NCBI GenBank assembly: GCA_963751455.1
Contig: CAVVUN010000009.1
Location: 64,001-128,000 of the forward strand
Direction: 5' to 3'
DNA: 64,000 nt
Origin: Nitrospirota bacterium
Lineage (GTDB): Bacteria; Nitrospirota; UBA9217
Shown: one piece after another, positions 58,631 through 64,000 of the stretch
Layout: the number at the start of each line of letters is the position of its first letter
Numbering within the stretch: position 1 is the stretch's first letter
Notes under the pieces: generated by a model
Database searches by the model: none
What the model was told of the DNA's origin: nothing
The model's input: only the letters and a program-made list of their open reading frames with translations
Translations under genes and position numbers: made by a program

Positions 58631-60868
58631 TTACTCCTTCTCTATCGGCAGTAGTATTGTAAAGATGGTTCCCTTGCCCGGTTCGCTTTCCACCGTGATG
58701 TCGCCTTTGAAGCCCCTGACGATATTGTAGCTGAGCGAAAGGCCGAGCCCGGTGCCTTTGCCTACTTCCTTCGTCGTGTAGAAGGGATCGAAGATCTTTT
58801 CAAGGTCCTGTTCCGGTATGCCGATCCCCGTGTCCGCAAACTCTATCAGGATCGAGTCGCGTCCCTGGTCATCCATGTGCCGCCGGGTGGAAACGTTGAG
58901 TTTGCCTCCCTCAGGCATCGCATCGAATGCATTCAGAATAATATTCATGAAGACCTGGGACATCTGTCCCTCGTCCACCATGGTCGTGGGAAGGTCCCGA
59001 TCCAGAGCAACGGAGATAGTGATCGTACTCTTCATGCGTTTATCCAGGCGCATGAGGTCGAGTGTTGAATCCAACACTTCATTCAGTTGCACCGCTTTTA
59101 TGTTCAGGGCGTCAGCGCGTGAAAACGTGGACATCCTTCGCACGATATCGGTGATCCGCTGGATGTGGTTGTTGATGACGTCCAGGCTGCTCTGAGTGAA
59201 TTCATCCTGGGCCATCTCGCGCAGCATCTGCGCGAAAGTAGAGATAGATGTCAGCGGGTTGCCGATCTCGTGGGCCACACCTGCTGCAAGTCTTCCGAGC
59301 GAAGCGAGCTTCTCGGAGTGCATCACTTGCTGTTCGAGCTTCTTTGCCGTGGCCGTACCTTTATCAACCTTGTCTTCGAGCTCGACTGTGTAGAGCTTGA
59401 GCGCTTCCTCGAGCTGAACGCGCTTCGTTACGTCATTGCTGGTTATGAGCACCCCCGGGGTCCGGCCGTTGATCAGCAGGGGGCTGATGTTCATGGCAAG
59501 GTAAAGAGGAGAATCATTGAGGCCGGTTATCCTGTAATCGTTTATCTCGAAGCTGTGGCCCATAAGCGTTTTTTGCAATATTGTTTCAAACGGTATACCC
59601 CGATATGAAGGGAGGCTTTCGGGGAACAGCGAAGCAAGGCGCTTCCCGACGAGATCCTCCTTGGGTTTGCCGAACGTCTGGGCCTGCGAAGAATTTGCGC
59701 TTCTGACGACGAGATCGTGGTCGAGCACCATGAGATTGGTCCTCGTATTTTCGACGATGTTCTCAAGATAATTTTTGGAGATCTCGATCTCTCGCTCGAG
59801 CCGCTCATGATTTTCGAGGTGCCTGGTCCGTTCCTCCGCTTTGATCTTTTTCTTGTTCGTGATGATCATCGCAGCCGAAGCCGCTATCGTTGTGATGAAG
59901 ATGGACATGATCAGCAGCGAGTAGAAGCGCCTGCTTTTCTGCATCAGCGCGATCACCTCCGAGTACGGGGCAGAAACTATGACCAGCCAGGATTTTCTCG
60001 CAATCGGGAGTTTGTAGAACGCCGCAAGTTTGTTTTCTCCGCCGGGTGCTTCATACGAGCCGAAGGTCTCGGCAGCTCCTTCGATCATCCTTTTTTCGGT
60101 ATCAAAGGATTTATGGCACTCGAAACAGGAGCGGTCGGTATGGTAAAGGTTCTTGCCGACCATCTGCGGCTGGTTTGGATGGAAGAGCAAGGTGCCCTCG
60201 CTGTCCATCATCCAGGCATAGCCCCGCGAGCCTGATTTGACCGGCGCGATGAACTTCTGGGTAATGCCGTCAAGCGAAAGCACGGCCAGAACGACTCCGT
60301 TGAATTCCGAAATGTCCGAACCGGGCAGCCGGTCATAGATAGAAGTGGCAATAATGAACTGTTTGGATTCAGGGTGGATGTCCTGCACCGGAAGCAGGTC
60401 GGTCACCATTTTTTCATTCCTCGGCAGCAGCCTGGCTTGCTTGAAAAAATCGGTATCGGACAGATTAACGCCCTCCCGGCCGGGAAAGGCGCTATCGTAA
60501 ACCACTATCCCGTTTTTATTGACCACCCGTATCGTGACGAGGGCCTCGTTCTGGATATTGAAATTGATCATTTCGGCGACCGGACGGCACTGGCTGCCGT
60601 CGTCGACTGATTGAATTTGAGGCATGCGGGAGATGACGGTGATGTCCTTGTATGCATGCTCGATGAAGGATTCGATATTGATTGCGACTTCACGCGCGAG
60701 CAGGAGTTGCTGCTGGTTGAACTGACCCGCCATTTCCTCCTGCAGGGATTGATGGAAGAACTGCCCGAGAATGATGATGAGCGACAGCACAAAGAGCAGC
60801 GACAGGATGTAAAGAGAGGGAATGAAGAGTTCTTTTTTCTTGAGGGCTCCGATAAGGCCTTGAAACAT
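58631..60868 (-). CDS. Sensor histidine kinase (Cache with CxxCH, PAS, HisKA, HATPase)
   Basis: Two TMs, SCFECH, AHEIGNPL, PFYTTK, GTGLGL. Confidence 0.94.
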   Translation of the reverse strand: MFQGLIGALKKKELFIPSLYILSLLFVLSLIIILGQFFHQSLQEEMAGQFNQQQLLLAREVAINIESFIEHAYKDITVISRMPQIQSVDDGSQCRPVAEMINFNIQNEALVTIRVVNKNGIVVYDSAFPGREGVNLSDTDFFKQARLLPRNEKMVTDLLPVQDIHPESKQFIIATSIYDRLPGSDISEFNGVVLAVLSLDGITQKFIAPVKSGSRGYAWMMDSEGTLLFHPNQPQMVGKNLYHTDRSCFECHKSFDTEKRMIEGAAETFGSYEAPGGENKLAAFYKLPIARKSWLVIVSAPYSEVIALMQKSRRFYSLLIMSIFITTIAASAAMIITNKKKIKAEERTRHLENHERLEREIEISKNYLENIVENTRTNLMVLDHDLVVRSANSSQAQTFGKPKEDLVGKRLASLFPESLPSYRGIPFETILQKTLMGHSFEINDYRITGLNDSPLYLAMNISPLLINGRTPGVLITSNDVTKRVQLEEALKLYTVELEDKVDKGTATAKKLEQQVMHSEKLASLGRLAAGVAHEIGNPLTSISTFAQMLREMAQDEFTQSSLDVINNHIQRITDIVRRMSTFSRADALNIKAVQLNEVLDSTLDLMRLDKRMKSTITISVALDRDLPTTMVDEGQMSQVFMNIILNAFDAMPEGGKLNVSTRRHMDDQGRDSILIEFADTGIGIPEQDLEKIFDPFYTTKEVGKGTGLGLSLSYNIVRGFKGDITVESEPGKGTIFTILLPIEKE

Positions 60869-60910
60869 GCGTAATTTTCTTCTAAACCGGCGGAAAAGTC
60901 AAGGAGGAAG

Positions 60911-62752
60911 TCATGAAGCATCATGATTTGCGCGAACGGGACTGGAGGATTGAATCAGGGAAGCGGCCTCGATGTTCCATTTTTTGGTCAGTGGAAGAGT
61001 GAATGTAAAGGTGCTTCCCTGTCCAACAGTGCTTTCCGCCCAGATAGATCCCCCGTGATATTCCACGATCTGGCGGGTAATAGCAAGGCCGAGGCCGGTA
61101 CCCTGGCCGTTATTGGTCAGTACATCGCCTGAACGCCGGAATTTTTCGAAAACCAGCTCCAGGTCGGAGGCGGGTATGCCCACCCCGGTGTCCGATATCG
61201 CGACAACAATTTGAGGCTTCAACGACGGCTCATAGCGTGTTGAGATGTTGATTCTCCCGCCCTGCGGTGTAAACTTTATGGAGTTCGAGAGAATGTTCGT
61301 AATGACCTGGATCAGGCGGTCGCGATCGCCGAAAAAAAGAGGCAAAGACCCGGGCATGGCAATTTTAATGATAATGCTTTTATTGTCCGCCAGAGATTGA
61401 ATGCTCGAAACCGATGTCTGGATGACATCCTCGAAGGAAACCTTCGCGATATGCCACGTAAGCTTGCCTGCTTCAATTTTGGTCAGATCGAGAATATCAT
61501 TGATAAGCCGGGCGAGACGGTCCGTTTCATTGTTGATGATGCCCAGCAGCTTGTCCCGTTTTTCTGACGGCATTTTGGGTTTCATCAAGATAAGTTCCGC
61601 AAAGGCCTTGATGGAGGTGAGGGGTGTTCTGAGTTCGTGCGATACGATGGATATGAAATCCGATTTCACCTGGTCTATCTCTTTCAGCTTTTTATTGACC
61701 GATTCAAGTTCACGGTTCGCTACGGCAAGGTTCTGGTTCGAGGATTGAAGCCGTTCGTATGCCCTTGTCAGGTTGGCGGTTTTTTCGGCGACGCGGAATT
61801 CGAGGTTGCGGTTCAAATCCTCGAGTTCGCTCCGGTTTTTCTTGAGTTGGATGGCCATGCTGTCGAAGCTTCCGGAAAGGACCCCGATCTCGTTGTTCGA
61901 TATGAGGTTGGCCCGCTCCTTCAGGTTGCCTTTTTCAAGCTCCCGGATCACTTTTACAATCCAGCTGAGGGGATTGGATATGCTGTTTGCCAGGAGGATG
62001 CCGATGCCCGCCGCGAGAAGCAGCGTAATTATACTGACGATCGATATGACATTGAAGAGCTGCCTCATGACCGGCTCGGCATTGATGGTACCGCCCAGGC
62101 GCACGGTCAGGTCGCTGCCCACGCGCTGATAAACAAGGGCGCCGAGCGCCAGCAGCGGTGCAATAACGGTAGTAAGGAGAATCGAGAGCACCCTCGTCCT
62201 CGTGTTGATCTGGATCACTTTTGACTCGTCGATCAGCACGTTCCTGGTTTTTTCGGCAAGGACCTGTTTGACGGGGTAGAGAAGCCGTTCGGTCAGGAAA
62301 AAGGAAAATATGGGGAAAATGGAAAGTCCGATCGCCGCATAGATGCCCAGCCGTAAGGTCTCCTTGAGCGGAAGTCCTCCGATGGTTCCCATATAGAGGC
62401 AGTCGAGCAGGGTTACCAACTGGTAACGGACCAGGACGGTCGCTGCATGGACCAGCGGGAGATTCAGTGTCCGGATGCGGGCGGCCGCCATTACATCATC
62501 AGGGGGATCCAGGCGACGTTCCAGATAGAAGGATAGCATTTCAATGGGGCGGCACTCCCATCGGTCGATAAAGTAGAAAGCGGACGCTATGCCGAGCGGG
62601 CTCAGGATGATCATCGTCACATTGATGTAATGAACGAGCTGTAAAGGCTTGAAGTCCATGATTGACAGGACATACGGGACCAAAGTCATGTAGATTACGG
62701 CGATGATCACCAATTCACTGTATACAATTTTTGTCGAAACGTTTAGTCTCAT
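60911..62752 (-). CDS. Membrane sensor histidine kinase with HAMP
   Basis: Multiple TMs, HAMP, SHELRTPL, GTGLGL. Confidence 0.94.
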   Translation of the reverse strand: MRLNVSTKIVYSELVIIAVIYMTLVPYVLSIMDFKPLQLVHYINVTMIILSPLGIASAFYFIDRWECRPIEMLSFYLERRLDPPDDVMAAARIRTLNLPLVHAATVLVRYQLVTLLDCLYMGTIGGLPLKETLRLGIYAAIGLSIFPIFSFFLTERLLYPVKQVLAEKTRNVLIDESKVIQINTRTRVLSILLTTVIAPLLALGALVYQRVGSDLTVRLGGTINAEPVMRQLFNVISIVSIITLLLAAGIGILLANSISNPLSWIVKVIRELEKGNLKERANLISNNEIGVLSGSFDSMAIQLKKNRSELEDLNRNLEFRVAEKTANLTRAYERLQSSNQNLAVANRELESVNKKLKEIDQVKSDFISIVSHELRTPLTSIKAFAELILMKPKMPSEKRDKLLGIINNETDRLARLINDILDLTKIEAGKLTWHIAKVSFEDVIQTSVSSIQSLADNKSIIIKIAMPGSLPLFFGDRDRLIQVITNILSNSIKFTPQGGRINISTRYEPSLKPQIVVAISDTGVGIPASDLELVFEKFRRSGDVLTNNGQGTGLGLAITRQIVEYHGGSIWAESTVGQGSTFTFTLPLTKKWNIEAASLIQSSSPVRANHDAS

Positions 62753-62787
62753 AGTAAAATTGTTGCCGCGAATGCAGGACCCGGGAA

Positions 62788-63957
62788 TCAGGGGAACAGA
62801 AGCTTCACTGCGGCAGCCCGGAGTCCGTTGGCGTCAAGCCCGCTTTTCAGAAGGAGAGAAGGATCAGCGCAAAGAATTTCCTTGGCTGTGTTCAGGTTTT
62901 CATTGTCGAGTTTCTTTTTGTCAGCATCGGCGAGTCCGGGAATACGAGAGACGGGTGCATCATTTTTCGATGTATACATGACCGCCAGCCGCGATTCTCC
63001 CTGGATTATCGGTAAAAAATAGTAGTATTTGATGCCTGTTTTCCTGATGATCTCGTCCGCCTCGTTTTCTGTAAAAAACCCCGTGTAATCGGTAAAGAGG
63101 GTGGAGAGCAGAACATCCGTAGATATTGTCTGTATCGAGTTGAGGGTAATCTGGTTGAAGAAAATGCCGTATCGTGAAATTCGTATCATGTCCTGAATGA
63201 ATTTATCCCGACGATTCATCGGAAGGAAATGAAAAACATTTATCGCGTTTACCCAGTCAAAAGCGCCGTCCTTGAAACGCGCCAGGTCGGTTACATCGCT
63301 TACCTGAAGCTCTATCTGGTCCTGGAGTCCGGCATCGTTGTTTTTCCGTTTGGCCAGTTCCAGAGTATGCATATTGATGTCGGTCCCGGTTGCGCTGATC
63401 CCCGGACAGGTTTTGGCGGTTTCCCTCAGCACGGAACCGTCGCCGCAGCCCAGGTCCAGAATTGTATGGCCTGTGGATAGCCCGGACCATTTGAAAAATT
63501 CGGCTGCGGACTTTGAAAGATGCGATGCCACCCGCGGGACGTAATCGCGGCTTATCTTGCCCTGGGTAATACTGTCAAGGCCCACCCCTTTCTGGTACGC
63601 TTCCTTTGAATTCTGAACGGCTCTGGTAAAATAACTGAAGAGGTGATGCAGGCCAAGCAGATCAGGTGCAGGTGTGCCCCGGCGTAGAAGGGCTCCTTTC
63701 GGCGTAAGCGTATATCCTTCCTCGGTTTTTGTGAGATACTGATTTGCATGTCCAAATCTCAGCCATCGCTCCACCTTGCTGATATCGTAACCCATCTGGA
63801 CGGAAAGGTGCTGAGCGCTAACGGCCTTTGTTTCCGGTATCCAGTCGAAAAAACCGAGTTCAATACCCTGTACCGTATTAAGCGCGAGCGAACCTTGAAC
63901 GAGCATGTTTAACAGCTCCGAAGCGTATTTTTTTACGTCGCTGGGATCCATCCCCAA
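62788..63957 (-). CDS. SAM-dependent methyltransferase with N-terminal wHTH-like and C-terminal HhH-like extensions
   Basis: ILDLGCGDG motif; C-terminal SRIPGL. Confidence 0.8.
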   Translation of the reverse strand: MGMDPSDVKKYASELLNMLVQGSLALNTVQGIELGFFDWIPETKAVSAQHLSVQMGYDISKVERWLRFGHANQYLTKTEEGYTLTPKGALLRRGTPAPDLLGLHHLFSYFTRAVQNSKEAYQKGVGLDSITQGKISRDYVPRVASHLSKSAAEFFKWSGLSTGHTILDLGCGDGSVLRETAKTCPGISATGTDINMHTLELAKRKNNDAGLQDQIELQVSDVTDLARFKDGAFDWVNAINVFHFLPMNRRDKFIQDMIRISRYGIFFNQITLNSIQTISTDVLLSTLFTDYTGFFTENEADEIIRKTGIKYYYFLPIIQGESRLAVMYTSKNDAPVSRIPGLADADKKKLDNENLNTAKEILCADPSLLLKSGLDANGLRAAAVKLLFP

Positions 63958-64000
63958 CCTCCCACTTATTCAATGATACCGAGTGCATCGATAACGATCA

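Overview
Bacterial window. Gene content and order suggest an anaerobic Nitrospirota/Thermodesulfovibrionia- or deltaproteobacterium-like organism (inference). Left to right: NfeD/flotillin; an accessory patch (three toxin-antitoxin-type modules, a 42-bp-repeat coiled-coil gene, IS200 split by IS630); a pbpC pseudogene hit by a stop codon, a 164-bp MITE, two in-frame palindromes and an antisense group IIC intron; recO; tandem cobalamin riboswitches before a long anaerobic cobamide operon (cobT, bzaF-like, cbiP/B, cobD, cbiA, cbiX-cbiC, cbiMNQO, cobO, cbiD/ET/L/F/G/H); metK, then an apparently foreign metK-tail + SAH riboswitch + ahcY block; two membrane-bound [NiFe]-hydrogenase operons with hyp genes; a MATE transporter; a sigma54 two-kinase module. 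Two signals stand out. (1) The first hydrogenase large subunit has both Cys of the N-terminal Ni-binding RxCGxC motif encoded by in-frame TGA, followed by a SECIS-like hairpin. This suggests a di-selenocysteine (UxxU) hydrogenase unlike classical NiFeSe enzymes; the gene also has a late 2-nt frameshift. (2) Several families of tiny palindromic or heptameric selfish repeats sit in-frame in intact cob/hyp genes and are repeatedly nested inside each other.
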